The notes under the pieces are model-generated. The model was not told the DNA's origin. It did no database searches and was given only the letters and a program-made list of their open reading frames with translations. 64,000 nt of DNA, taken from assembly GCA_964644695.1 (NCBI GenBank), contig CAZXWN010000005.1:1-64000 (forward strand). The letters are read 5' to 3'. Within the stretch, counting starts at the first letter, position 1. Each line of letters opens with the position of its first letter. The DNA is from an uncultured bacterium (GTDB lineage: Bacteria > UBP4 > UBA4092). Positions 50,621 through 59,803 of this stretch are shown piece by piece. The translations under genes were made by a program, and so were the position numbers.

Positions 50621-50649
50621 TTGACTTGCATCAGTCAAGATAATATAAT
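50621..50649 (+). promoter_or_regulatory. Sigma70 promoter with an inverted repeat over the -35 box
   Basis: TTGACT-17-TATAAT; TTGACT-N6-AGTCAA palindrome. Confidence 0.65.
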
Positions 50650-50715
50650 ATCAACAGCATAGCCTTGAGCGGGCGGTGTTAAATCTTATAGAAATCCATG
50701 AGGGTTTTGTAAATA

Positions 50716-52041
50716 ATGTCTAACTTTATTAAAACATTTATTATCACTGGTTTTATCGTTTTAATGAGCGTAGCTGGATTTGGTCAAACTGCTGAACAAA
50801 CCATCCGAAATGCAAATTGGTACACTGTTCAGATTGCTCCGGGTCTCAGTTGGAAAACCTGCTCCTTTGCAAGCCTGTTTAATTCCAAACAGGATATTTA
50901 TGTAGGGACTGTCGACTTAAATCAACAAAACATCAAATTGTCGTTCTCCTACACATCAGGAGGAGGAAAGACAGTAAGCACTTATGCTGCTCAAATTCCG
51001 GGAACTATGCTGGCTGTCAACGGAAATTACTATGACACCTCCAATTATATCCCTGTCCAATATATGCGAGTGACCGGATACAGTTATTTACCGGGATACA
51101 AATACAGTGGTACAGGTGCGGTCGTATCTGATTCCACCGGAAGATCAGTCAATGTCCTTTTTAAAAACAATATCGGTGGAAACTGGGCTGCCCTCTCTCA
51201 ACCTAACGTTATGGCAACACTCTATAATCTGATTGAGAATGGCCAGAATACGCTGTCTAATGACACCTATATGGCTTATAACCGGCATCCCCGTACTGTA
51301 ATAGGTAAAACCGCTGACAATAAACTCCTGATTGTTGTCGTTGATGGGCGAACTACTCGTGCGGCCGGGATGACCTTTGCTGAATTACAGGTATTAATGA
51401 AAGCATTGAACTGTACGGATGCGATCAATATGGATGGCGGTGGTTCATCCACCTTCTGGGTTAAGGGGTATGGAACAAACGGTGTCGTTAATAAACCTTC
51501 AGATGGAAGTCAACGAGCCGTAGCCAACGCAATCAACATCGTTCTGACACCTGTTGTGGGTGCAAATGAAACTATCTATGAATCGGCGACTGGTGGACAA
51601 AATAATGCCTATTATACTGAAACAGGTGTTTGGGGCGATAATGCTACAGCCTGTGGGGCAATAGGTGTTACTCCTGGACTGGGAACACGATATGGGTCCA
51701 CTTATACATCTGTCGCAGGTGTAAAAAAAGCCCGTTTTACCCCAGTATTCAGTAAATCCGGTCAGTACAAAGTCTATGCGACATGGCCTGCAGCCGTCAG
51801 CCGACGGGCAGGTATTCTCTATCGGGTCAATCATACGGGTGGATTATCTTCTGTAACAATCAACCAGTCCACTCAGGCCGATAATTGGGTCTTACTGGGC
51901 ACTTATACTTTTGCGCAAGGTAGTGCTGGCTATGTAGAAATCAGCAATGAGAATCTGGACCTCTCGGGAAGTATGTATGCGGGTGCTATCAAGTTTGAAG
52001 AGATTACCCCTTCAAGCGTATCTAACTGGTTAAAATACTAA
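50716..52041 (+). CDS. Secreted phosphodiester glycosidase (NAGPA/DUF2233) with a C-terminal beta-sandwich (golvesin/CBM-like) and VSNWxxY tail
   Basis: AVNGNYY, RHPRT.IG, VVDGR, A.NMDGGGSST, RAVANAI; G.Y.VYA.W, INQ....NWVLLGTY.F. Confidence 0.85.
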   Translation: MSNFIKTFIITGFIVLMSVAGFGQTAEQTIRNANWYTVQIAPGLSWKTCSFASLFNSKQDIYVGTVDLNQQNIKLSFSYTSGGGKTVSTYAAQIPGTMLAVNGNYYDTSNYIPVQYMRVTGYSYLPGYKYSGTGAVVSDSTGRSVNVLFKNNIGGNWAALSQPNVMATLYNLIENGQNTLSNDTYMAYNRHPRTVIGKTADNKLLIVVVDGRTTRAAGMTFAELQVLMKALNCTDAINMDGGGSSTFWVKGYGTNGVVNKPSDGSQRAVANAINIVLTPVVGANETIYESATGGQNNAYYTETGVWGDNATACGAIGVTPGLGTRYGSTYTSVAGVKKARFTPVFSKSGQYKVYATWPAAVSRRAGILYRVNHTGGLSSVTINQSTQADNWVLLGTYTFAQGSAGYVEISNENLDLSGSMYAGAIKFEEITPSSVSNWLKY

Positions 52042-52060
52042 AACTCCGTAAATCATAAAT

Positions 52061-52104
52061 AAAAAAGACCTGCCGGAAACATGTTTCCGACAGGTCTTTT
52101 CTTT
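52061..52104. terminator. Bidirectional terminator
   Basis: aaaagacctgccggaaac-at-gtttccgacaggtctttt. Confidence 0.85.
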
Positions 52105-52112
52105 ATTAAGAC

Positions 52113-53621
52113 TTATTGATTTGCTTTATTGAGCAGGAGTCTAACAAAAGTACGAACCCCTACCCCCGTTCCACCATAGGTATCATATCCCTTGGGTGAT
52201 TCTGAATAGGCCGTTGCTGCTATATCTAAATGAGCCCATGGGATGGGTTCAATAAACACTTCCAGGAATTTAGCGGCCGTGATAGCTCCCCCTTCACGCC
52301 CTCCCGTATTTTTCACATCAGCAATTTTGCTTTTAATTAAATCACCATATTCTTCATCCATGGGCATCGCCCACAGTTTTTCACCTGACTGTTGAGCGGC
52401 TTCCCACAAATCCGCCTCCAAATCTGCGTTATTGGTGAATAAACCCGTGGTAAAAGGTCCCAGGGCAATACTACAAGCTCCAGTCAATGTGGCGACATCA
52501 ATGACAGGGGCGAGCTTCCGAGTCTTTGCATAATGCAGAGCATCCGCCAATATCAATCTGCCCTCAGCATCTGTATTCAAAATCTCAATCGTTTTTCCAC
52601 TCATGGAGGTGAGAATATCCGCCGGTCGGCAAGCATTCCCATCGGGCATATTTTCTGTGGCAGGAACTAATGCGGTTACATTCACTTTCGGCTTTAAGAG
52701 AGCCACAGCCCGCATGGCTCCGATAACAGCGGCTGCACCGGACATATCTGACTTCATTTCGTGCATATTCTGAGCCGGTTTGAGTGAAATTCCACCAGCA
52801 TCAAAAGTCAGTCCTTTTCCAACCAGTCCAGTGGTGACCTTTGAACTCTTATTACCGACATATTCCATAATAATAAAACGAGGCTCCTGGGTGCTTCCTG
52901 CGTTTACTCCCAGTAATCCACCCATTTTCAATTTCTGGATTGCTTTTTTATCCAAGACCGTACATTTCAGACCTGTTTCCTTTGCCATCAACTGACATCG
53001 GCGGCCCAGCTCAGAAGGAGTTAGTATATTGGGAGGCTCGTTCACCAGTTCTTTGGCATAATTAACAGACTCACCCACAATTTGTCCGACCTTAAGATTT
53101 CCCCGAGTCCCTGGAATATCCTGCTCCTCAGGAACAATAATCCCGATGCTGATATCACGGGATTTTACTGCATTACTTTTTCCGGACTGATATTTTTTGA
53201 ATTCGTAAGACCCCATTACCATGCCTTCAGCAAAAGCTGAAACATTCATTGAATTGTCCAGATTTTTTAATTCTGTACCCGGTAGAAGAGTGATGATATT
53301 CTTTGCTTCCCATGCCTTCGCTTTACGAAGGATATCTGAACCTGCAAGCCGCGTCTTATTGGTATCATATTTAGCAGATTTTCCAAGACCCAAAATGACC
53401 AACTTATCCGTTTTCAGTTTACCCAGAGTGTGAATGGAAGTAATTTCTCCCGATTTCCCTGTCAATTCCTTCCGTTTTATCAGCATGGATAAATGTCCAT
53501 TAAGCTTCTGATCAATTTTCTTTAGAACACCCTCTAATGGGGATGTTCCCTCAAATAAATAAGTAAACAATACATCGGCAGGAACTGTTGTAACATCTGC
53601 CTTTTTTACTGTAAACTGCAT
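52113..53621 (-). CDS. pepA: Leucyl aminopeptidase (M17)
   Basis: VGKGLTFDAGG, MKSDMSG, NTDAEGRL, DVATLTGA, WAHLDIA; start at MQFTV. Confidence 0.96.
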   Translation of the reverse strand: MQFTVKKADVTTVPADVLFTYLFEGTSPLEGVLKKIDQKLNGHLSMLIKRKELTGKSGEITSIHTLGKLKTDKLVILGLGKSAKYDTNKTRLAGSDILRKAKAWEAKNIITLLPGTELKNLDNSMNVSAFAEGMVMGSYEFKKYQSGKSNAVKSRDISIGIIVPEEQDIPGTRGNLKVGQIVGESVNYAKELVNEPPNILTPSELGRRCQLMAKETGLKCTVLDKKAIQKLKMGGLLGVNAGSTQEPRFIIMEYVGNKSSKVTTGLVGKGLTFDAGGISLKPAQNMHEMKSDMSGAAAVIGAMRAVALLKPKVNVTALVPATENMPDGNACRPADILTSMSGKTIEILNTDAEGRLILADALHYAKTRKLAPVIDVATLTGACSIALGPFTTGLFTNNADLEADLWEAAQQSGEKLWAMPMDEEYGDLIKSKIADVKNTGGREGGAITAAKFLEVFIEPIPWAHLDIAATAYSESPKGYDTYGGTGVGVRTFVRLLLNKANQ

Positions 53622-53857
53622 AGAAAAAAATCTCCTGTTAATATTTGATTTCACACAAAACAAAAGAATCCACGGAACACATCAAGAAAGTATTTTTCAA
53701 CCGTTATTATTTGTTTTATCTATTATTGATAATACTACAAATACAACTTATGATTTTTATTCTGCCTTCCGGATTTCCGCCAAATCTATAACGAATTTAC
53801 CCCTCTTCAGATGAACAGCCATTTTGAGTTATGATGAATAGGTGAGGTGATATAAAG

Positions 53858-54040
53858 ATGGAAAACGACTTAACCGCTAAAAAAGAACTTAAACTCAAAT
53901 GCGATACCTGTGGAAAAATTGTTACTTCTGTAGCCCGAGTTGTCATTGAAGATACCTATGACCGGTCCATGGCTAAAGCCTTATACAATTGTCCAGAATG
54001 TTTTGCTAAAAAAGAGCAACAGCGGAAACAAAAAGAATAA
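53858..54040 (+). CDS. Small hypothetical zinc-ribbon-like protein (60 aa)
   Basis: GAGGTG RBS; CDTC...CPEC pairs; fills the intergenic space. Confidence 0.7.
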   Translation: MENDLTAKKELKLKCDTCGKIVTSVARVVIEDTYDRSMAKALYNCPECFAKKEQQRKQKE

Positions 54041-54089
54041 TATTAGGTGTTCTTAGTCTACAGACTTTAACAGGATAAGATATCAAGTT

Positions 54090-55301
54090 TTATTTGTTTG
54101 ACGATTTTGGTGGGACGTTCTTTTTTGAGGGGATGCTTTTGGATTCTCTATACAGAGTAGATCGTTGGACAGTGTTTTTTCCGTATTTCTCATTTAGCTT
54201 ATCCAGAGCAGCGGACAGTCTTGTTAATTTCTCCACTTTTTCGTGTAAAAATGAGACTTGTTCTATCTCATCAGAAAAACCTGAAACAGAAACCCCAATC
54301 AAACGAACTGGAAGATTTGATTTCGGAACCGTCTTCCATAAAACCAATACCCTTTCAAATATCAGGTCAGTCTGATCTGTTGGTTCATCCAGTAAACATT
54401 GCCGTGTATAAGTCTTGAAATCAGAATAACGAAGTTTTACTGTGACTGTTTTACCTTTAACACCCTGCTTACGAAGGCGATATGAAACTTTCTCTGTTAA
54501 TCCCAGAAAGGTCGTTCTCAGAACTTCCATGTTCGTCTGATCAAAACTAAAGGTTGTTTCGTGTCCAACAGATTTGGGCGCTGTGTATGGGATAACTTCT
54601 CGATCATCCTGATTATTTGCCAAAGCATGCAGATGGCGCCCAGATGCACCAAACATTTTTTCCATCATATCTATGGGCATCCTGGCAAGCTCGCCCACAG
54701 TTTTTATGTTTAAACGACTCAGGGCCTCATTCATTCGTTCCCCTACACCCCAAAGTACTTTCACCGGTAAGGCCCACATAACTTCCAATTCTTTCTCGGG
54801 GGGGATAATAACAAACCCTTCTGGCTTCTTCATATCGGAGGCAATCTTGGCAAGAAGCTTCGTAGAAGCTAATCCGCAGGAAGCGGTTAGTTTCAATTCT
54901 TCTTTAATACGGGTTTGTATCAGGCGGGCAGTTTTTTCAGCAGGGCCCTGCATAAGTTCTGTCCCTGTCAGATCAATAAAGGCTTCATCGACAGAGACAG
55001 GTTCAACCAGGGGAGAGTATTCTTGAAAGATAGACATAATCTGTTCCGAAGCTTCATGGTATAAATTCATCCTGACAGGCAGAAATATTCCATGAGGACA
55101 TCGCCGGCTGGCTTCATGGATAGCCATTCCAGCTTTAAGACCAAACTTACGGGCTTCATAAGAAGCTGATGAGATGACACCACGGTGTCCCTTCAGTCCA
55201 CCTACAATAACAGGCTTCCCATTTAAATCAGGGTTTTCCCGTCGCTCAACAGCAACGTAAAAACAATCCATATCAATATGAAGTATTTTTCGGAAGGACA
55301 T
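54090..55301 (-). CDS. dinB: DNA polymerase IV (Y family)
   Basis: HIDMDCFY..VE, ASYEAR.FG, SVDEAF.D, LAK.ASD..KP.G. Confidence 0.96.
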   Translation of the reverse strand: MSFRKILHIDMDCFYVAVERRENPDLNGKPVIVGGLKGHRGVISSASYEARKFGLKAGMAIHEASRRCPHGIFLPVRMNLYHEASEQIMSIFQEYSPLVEPVSVDEAFIDLTGTELMQGPAEKTARLIQTRIKEELKLTASCGLASTKLLAKIASDMKKPEGFVIIPPEKELEVMWALPVKVLWGVGERMNEALSRLNIKTVGELARMPIDMMEKMFGASGRHLHALANNQDDREVIPYTAPKSVGHETTFSFDQTNMEVLRTTFLGLTEKVSYRLRKQGVKGKTVTVKLRYSDFKTYTRQCLLDEPTDQTDLIFERVLVLWKTVPKSNLPVRLIGVSVSGFSDEIEQVSFLHEKVEKLTRLSAALDKLNEKYGKNTVQRSTLYRESKSIPSKKNVPPKSSNK

Positions 55302-55325
55302 AATTCCACTGATTAAAACCCTTTT

Positions 55326-55955
55326 TTAATTACATTGACGCAGGACAGCTGTCACCTTGCCTAGAACTCGGAACTCATTGTCTCGGGGAGAAACCATAAT
55401 AGGTTCCATCGCAGGATTTTCAGGTTGCAGCCTAACCGTTCCCTTTTCTCGAAAAAACCGTTTAACAGTTGCTTCATCACCGATCAAAGCAACAATAATA
55501 TCTCCATTACGCACTTCTGAAGTTGGTTGAACCATCACCAAGTCTCCATCCAGGATATGGGCATTGATCATACTTTCTCCCCTCACCCGAAGTGCAAAGA
55601 TTTCTCCTGGTTTTCCAAAATCTTTATCTAATCTGATTCGGCCTTCCAAATTTTCATCAGCTAAGATTGGACTGCCCGCAGCAACCTGTCCAACAATAGG
55701 AATTGACAACGAGTCTGGTATAGAAAAGGCTTCGGGGGGAAGATAACCATCTGCTAATTCCAAATGGCGAGATTTTCGGCTACCCCGTTTTAGGAATCCT
55801 TTTCGCTGGAGGGCGGATAGATGATCAAACATACTGGATGAGGCTATACCAAAATGGTCTCCTAATTCACGAACAGTCGGGGGCATCCCTTGTTCCCGAT
55901 AAAATTCTCGAATAAATTCTAATACCTCAGCCTGTCGTGGAGTTAAGTCTTCCAT
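55326..55955 (-). CDS. lexA: SOS repressor LexA
   Basis: LT.RQ, PPTVREL, VAAG cleavage site, GESM (Ser) and TVKR (Lys) dyad. Confidence 0.96.
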   Translation of the reverse strand: MEDLTPRQAEVLEFIREFYREQGMPPTVRELGDHFGIASSSMFDHLSALQRKGFLKRGSRKSRHLELADGYLPPEAFSIPDSLSIPIVGQVAAGSPILADENLEGRIRLDKDFGKPGEIFALRVRGESMINAHILDGDLVMVQPTSEVRNGDIIVALIGDEATVKRFFREKGTVRLQPENPAMEPIMVSPRDNEFRVLGKVTAVLRQCN

Positions 55956-55976
55956 GAAAATCTCCTTTTTTCAGTA

Positions 55977-56020
55977 TACCTAACAATTGTTATGGTAGCT
56001 AAAACATGATTTTCTGTCAA
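55977..56020 (-). promoter_or_regulatory. lexA promoter with an overlapping palindrome (candidate SOS box)
   Basis: Minus strand TTGACA-17-TACCAT; perfect palindrome TAACAATTGTTA at 55981-55992 over the -10/+1 region. Confidence 0.6.
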
Positions 56021-56106
56021 ACTATTTCCTCCAGTTAACAAGAATGGAATCAACTAAAACAAATAAAAACGCGGAGGTATGACGAAGGATAAAAAAACGG
56101 AACGGA

Positions 56107-57288
56107 TTAGCGGTTGGCAAGCCAGTCCTGAGGATCCAGAGTTGAAGTACCTTTTCGGATTTGGAATTCCAGTTGTGGACCTTCTAATGAACCCGTATCA
56201 CCGACGGCCCCAATATATTGTCGCCGCTTCACAACAGTTCCTTTTTGGGCGGCAATCCCAGACAGATGCATATATAAAGTCATATAACCTTCACCATGAT
56301 CAATAATAATTGTATTCCCTGATCCTTCTAACCATCCGGCATATCGAACCATTCCATCATGTACAGAATACACAGCCGTCCCCACCGGTGCTTTTATCCC
56401 AATGCCATGAGAATATACTTCCACCTGTCCCTCAAGAATTTTATGTTTTCCAGGACTATAGATAACATTCCCACCTGCAACAGGCCAACCTAGTTTTCCA
56501 CGGGATTGAGAGAAATTTCCACCAGCATACCCCTCGGGGAATTTAACCTGCTTTGCCCGTAATTCAGCTAAAAGGTTTTCCAACCGTCTAACAGCAGCTT
56601 GCAATTCTCTAACGGTCCTGTCATATGTAGCTTTATCTGTTCTGATACGACTCAAAAGACTCTGTTTTTGCTTATTCTCACCTTCATATTTTTGTTTTGA
56701 TATAGAAATTTCCTGTTGCTGAGCTTTCTGATATCTAAGCATCTCATTAATACGAAATTCCTGCCGCCTAATCTTGGAAGCTTCATAACGAACATTAGAG
56801 AGGGCCTTGGCATCGGTATATGCCAATATCCGCATATACTGAAAATTGCGAATTTGGGAAGCATAATCTTCACTGGCAAGAATTTGACGGAAAGGGCTGA
56901 TACTCTTAGCCCTATAAATAGACCTTACTCGAAGAGCGAGATATAGTTGATGTTGATTTAAGCGACTTTGCGCAACAAGCAATTCACTTTGAAGTTGCTG
57001 GGTAGTTTGTTCATTCTTATTTACTTCACCCTCAAGACGGTTTAACTGTTGGCTCGAAGACCGAATACGCTGATTAATGCCTTCAATTTGCCTTAGTACA
57101 CTACGTTCTTCTTGTGCAGCTCGTTGTTTATTTAGTTCGGCCTGTCGGATTTTCTCTTGCATGACTTTCAGTTCCGACTCTGTTTTACCAACTGTCGAAT
57201 CTTGAGCCAGAAGCGGCCCACTCACTGAACCTGTGAGTAATACCATTAAAAAGCCTACGATAATACTGCTTTTAAAAAATAATTTCAT
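56107..57288 (-). CDS. envC: Murein hydrolase activator EnvC-like (coiled coil plus degenerate M23 domain)
   Basis: Signal peptide, long coiled coil, L.WPV, IIIDHG, GDTGS; Zn ligands degenerate (GPQLEF); downstream of ftsEX. Confidence 0.85.
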   Translation of the reverse strand: MKLFFKSSIIVGFLMVLLTGSVSGPLLAQDSTVGKTESELKVMQEKIRQAELNKQRAAQEERSVLRQIEGINQRIRSSSQQLNRLEGEVNKNEQTTQQLQSELLVAQSRLNQHQLYLALRVRSIYRAKSISPFRQILASEDYASQIRNFQYMRILAYTDAKALSNVRYEASKIRRQEFRINEMLRYQKAQQQEISISKQKYEGENKQKQSLLSRIRTDKATYDRTVRELQAAVRRLENLLAELRAKQVKFPEGYAGGNFSQSRGKLGWPVAGGNVIYSPGKHKILEGQVEVYSHGIGIKAPVGTAVYSVHDGMVRYAGWLEGSGNTIIIDHGEGYMTLYMHLSGIAAQKGTVVKRRQYIGAVGDTGSLEGPQLEFQIRKGTSTLDPQDWLANR

Positions 57289-58139
57289 TTCAGTTTAATG
57301 TGGCGGAAGGATTCCAGTAAAGTCGCAAGAAAGCTCAGGCATACTCCAGCCAATAATAGACCACCCATCATAGTCCCTGGCATAAAAATGAGATTCTCAA
57401 TTTTTAGGCGGGTCACACTGTAGATAGAATAAAGAAAACACAAGGCTAGACTACTGCCTACTAATCCATAAAAAATAGATTCAAGCAATATGGGAGCTCT
57501 AATGAAAGCAGAAGATGCACCACAGGACTGCAATATTTCAGAATCCTTGATGCGATCAGTAAATGTCATTTGGAAAGCAATAATTGCCAAAACAAGAATA
57601 ATAAATGTAAAAGCTCCACCAACAACCCAGACATAATGACGAATGGTATCCAATGTTTGTGTAATATTACCTAGACTTTCCTGTCCATAATCAACCATAT
57701 CAACACCAGGTATGGAAATAATCGAATCAGCTATAGCTTTCAGATGACCTGGAGCAAAGGCAGTACGGGTTTTTACTTCAATAGTATCTGGTAAAGGATT
57801 GAAACCCAGAATTTCAATTTCTTGACGGATATCGGGTTTCTCGGCAATTTCTTGAAGGGCTTCTTCGCGAGTGATTAATCGAACTTCTGCTGCACCAGGA
57901 ATATTCTTAATTTGCTCCGCTATTGAAGCGGCATCAGACCGACTCCCTTCCTTCAAGAAAACCAATATACCCATTTCCTTCGAAAGGTACTGCTGTGCTG
58001 AATTAATATTAAAAGCGACCCAGCTAAATAATCCCATTACGGAAACAATAACGGCAACAATTAATACCGCACTTATACCCGCGCGTTCATAGCGGGTCAC
58101 ATTCTTCCAAGCTTCTCTACTATAATATCCAATTCGCAT
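57285..58139 (-). CDS. ftsX: Cell-division permease FtsX
   Basis: TM1, large periplasmic loop (EEAL, NPLP, I.GV..V.YG), three TMs, GAS..FIR.P..LE. Confidence 0.85.
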   Translation of the reverse strand: MRIGYYSREAWKNVTRYERAGISAVLIVAVIVSVMGLFSWVAFNINSAQQYLSKEMGILVFLKEGSRSDAASIAEQIKNIPGAAEVRLITREEALQEIAEKPDIRQEIEILGFNPLPDTIEVKTRTAFAPGHLKAIADSIISIPGVDMVDYGQESLGNITQTLDTIRHYVWVVGGAFTFIILVLAIIAFQMTFTDRIKDSEILQSCGASSAFIRAPILLESIFYGLVGSSLALCFLYSIYSVTRLKIENLIFMPGTMMGGLLLAGVCLSFLATLLESFRHIKLK

Positions 58140-58166
58140 GTCTCATTAATCCTTCAAAAACATCCA

Positions 58167-58841
58167 TTACACATCTGCTACAGGATGTTCTATAATTGCC
58201 CCATTTTGAATTTCCACAACTCTTTTTACTCCCAGGGTTTCTGAGGGAAGAGTATATGTAGCAACCAGAATGGTTAATCCACGGCGAACATTTAAGTCCT
58301 TAAACATTTCCACCATGGAATGAACTTCATCCACTGTAAGATACGCAAACGGGTCATCCGCTAACAATATCGCAGGATGAAGTAAAAGTGAACGAGCAAT
58401 GGCTAATTTTTGAGCCTGGCCCCGGGACAATTCTCCAGGCAATGAATCAGCAGCAAACTCCAACCCAAATTGGGACAATACTTCACGGGTTCTTTGATCA
58501 GCTTCCCGCCCAACAGTACCACTGGCATATAGAATATCGGAAAGATTTTCATAAACTGACCGAGTTTGCATAAACTGAGGTTCTTGCGATATCCAACCAA
58601 TTCGGCGACGAAGCAAGGGGATTTCTTTATGGGTCAACTTCGCAAGATCACGACCAAAAACATTAACCTCACCCCGCGTTGCCAATTCATATCGTAGCAG
58701 TAACTGGAATAATACACTGGTTCCACTACCAACGGTACCACCAATCAACACATAATCACCCCGTGGAATATGTAAATTTGCTTCCCGAAGCACTACAGTT
58801 TCAGGTGGAAATACTTTGGTTACATGTTTTAGTTCAATCAA
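58167..58841 (-). CDS. ftsE: FtsE-like ABC ATPase with degenerate catalytic motifs
   Basis: V.K.F, IP.LRRRIG, SVYEN, upstream of ftsX; Walker A GTVGSGTS, signature LSRGQ, Walker B LLADDP, switch ATY. Confidence 0.8.
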   Translation of the reverse strand: MIELKHVTKVFPPETVVLREANLHIPRGDYVLIGGTVGSGTSVLFQLLLRYELATRGEVNVFGRDLAKLTHKEIPLLRRRIGWISQEPQFMQTRSVYENLSDILYASGTVGREADQRTREVLSQFGLEFAADSLPGELSRGQAQKLAIARSLLLHPAILLADDPFAYLTVDEVHSMVEMFKDLNVRRGLTILVATYTLPSETLGVKRVVEIQNGAIIEHPVADV

Positions 58842-58934
58842 GTTTCTGATTCCATTGCAGATATAGATTTTTACCGGGCAGTAGCCCTGATAACATTTAT
58901 AATGATACCTTAATCATACAGGAGGGGCAATGTT

Positions 58935-59795
58935 ATGACCCTACATAGAAACATTATTTTCCTGCTTATGACGATCTATATCTCATGGTCATGGGCAGTA
59001 AATCAAACCACATCTTCTTCCATCAAAGGACCTGTTGCTCCACACCGCCGAGATGTCCCAGGTGCTCGGATATCTATCTCTCTTGGGAAAATATACCAAC
59101 CGGAATACTATCAAACACCTACCGATGGGAAATATTCTCTTGTTGTCTTTTTCCATGGAGCTTCCTGGTGCGCCGAACAAAACTTTTATGACTCTGGTAA
59201 AAAAGCAATTCTACTATCGGTTAACACACTGGATTACATGTCCACTTTTCATAATACCAAACGATTTAATGAATTGTTGACAGAAGTCTCATTGGCCCTG
59301 TCATCAACGTGGGGCATTCCCTCCACATTTAGAAAGGAATTGGTATTAATATCTTTTAGTGGAGGATATTTGGCTATACGGGAAATACTCAGTAATCCTG
59401 AATATTATGATGAAATTGGTGGAGTAGTTTTAGCAGACTCACTCTACACTAGATTCTTGGATGTAGAAAGAACAAAAACTCACCCAGATGATATAGCTCC
59501 ATTTCTCAGATTGGCTCAAGATGCAGCATCATCAAAAAAACAGTTTTGGTTCACTCAACTCTATCCCCCGGAATGGAGATATCGTAATAATTCCACCACT
59601 CGAACAGCTGCTTATCTCTGCGATAAGCTAAAACTAAGTAAAAGACCTCGTAATGAGACTAATACGCTTCGGATGACATTGCTCTATTCTGCTGAAACAG
59701 GGAGATTCCACATCATGGGATATCAAGGGATGACAACCCAAGACCATTTTAATCACTTCTACAATCTATCTGAATATATTAGAAAACTGGAGTAA
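58935..59795 (+). CDS. Exported hypothetical protein, probable alpha/beta-hydrolase fold
   Basis: Signal-like N-terminus, LVVFFHG, LISFSGGY nucleophile elbow, LADSLY, late DH. Confidence 0.6.
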   Translation: MTLHRNIIFLLMTIYISWSWAVNQTTSSSIKGPVAPHRRDVPGARISISLGKIYQPEYYQTPTDGKYSLVVFFHGASWCAEQNFYDSGKKAILLSVNTLDYMSTFHNTKRFNELLTEVSLALSSTWGIPSTFRKELVLISFSGGYLAIREILSNPEYYDEIGGVVLADSLYTRFLDVERTKTHPDDIAPFLRLAQDAASSKKQFWFTQLYPPEWRYRNNSTTRTAAYLCDKLKLSKRPRNETNTLRMTLLYSAETGRFHIMGYQGMTTQDHFNHFYNLSEYIRKLE

Positions 59796-59803
59796 TCCAA
59801 TCG

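Noticed and set aside
53668-53676. atccacgga matching the repeat arm
   Set aside because: Only 9 nt with no partner arm; compatible with chance.
56107-56450. Degenerate M23 zinc ligands as a novelty
   Set aside because: Expected for EnvC-type amidase activators.
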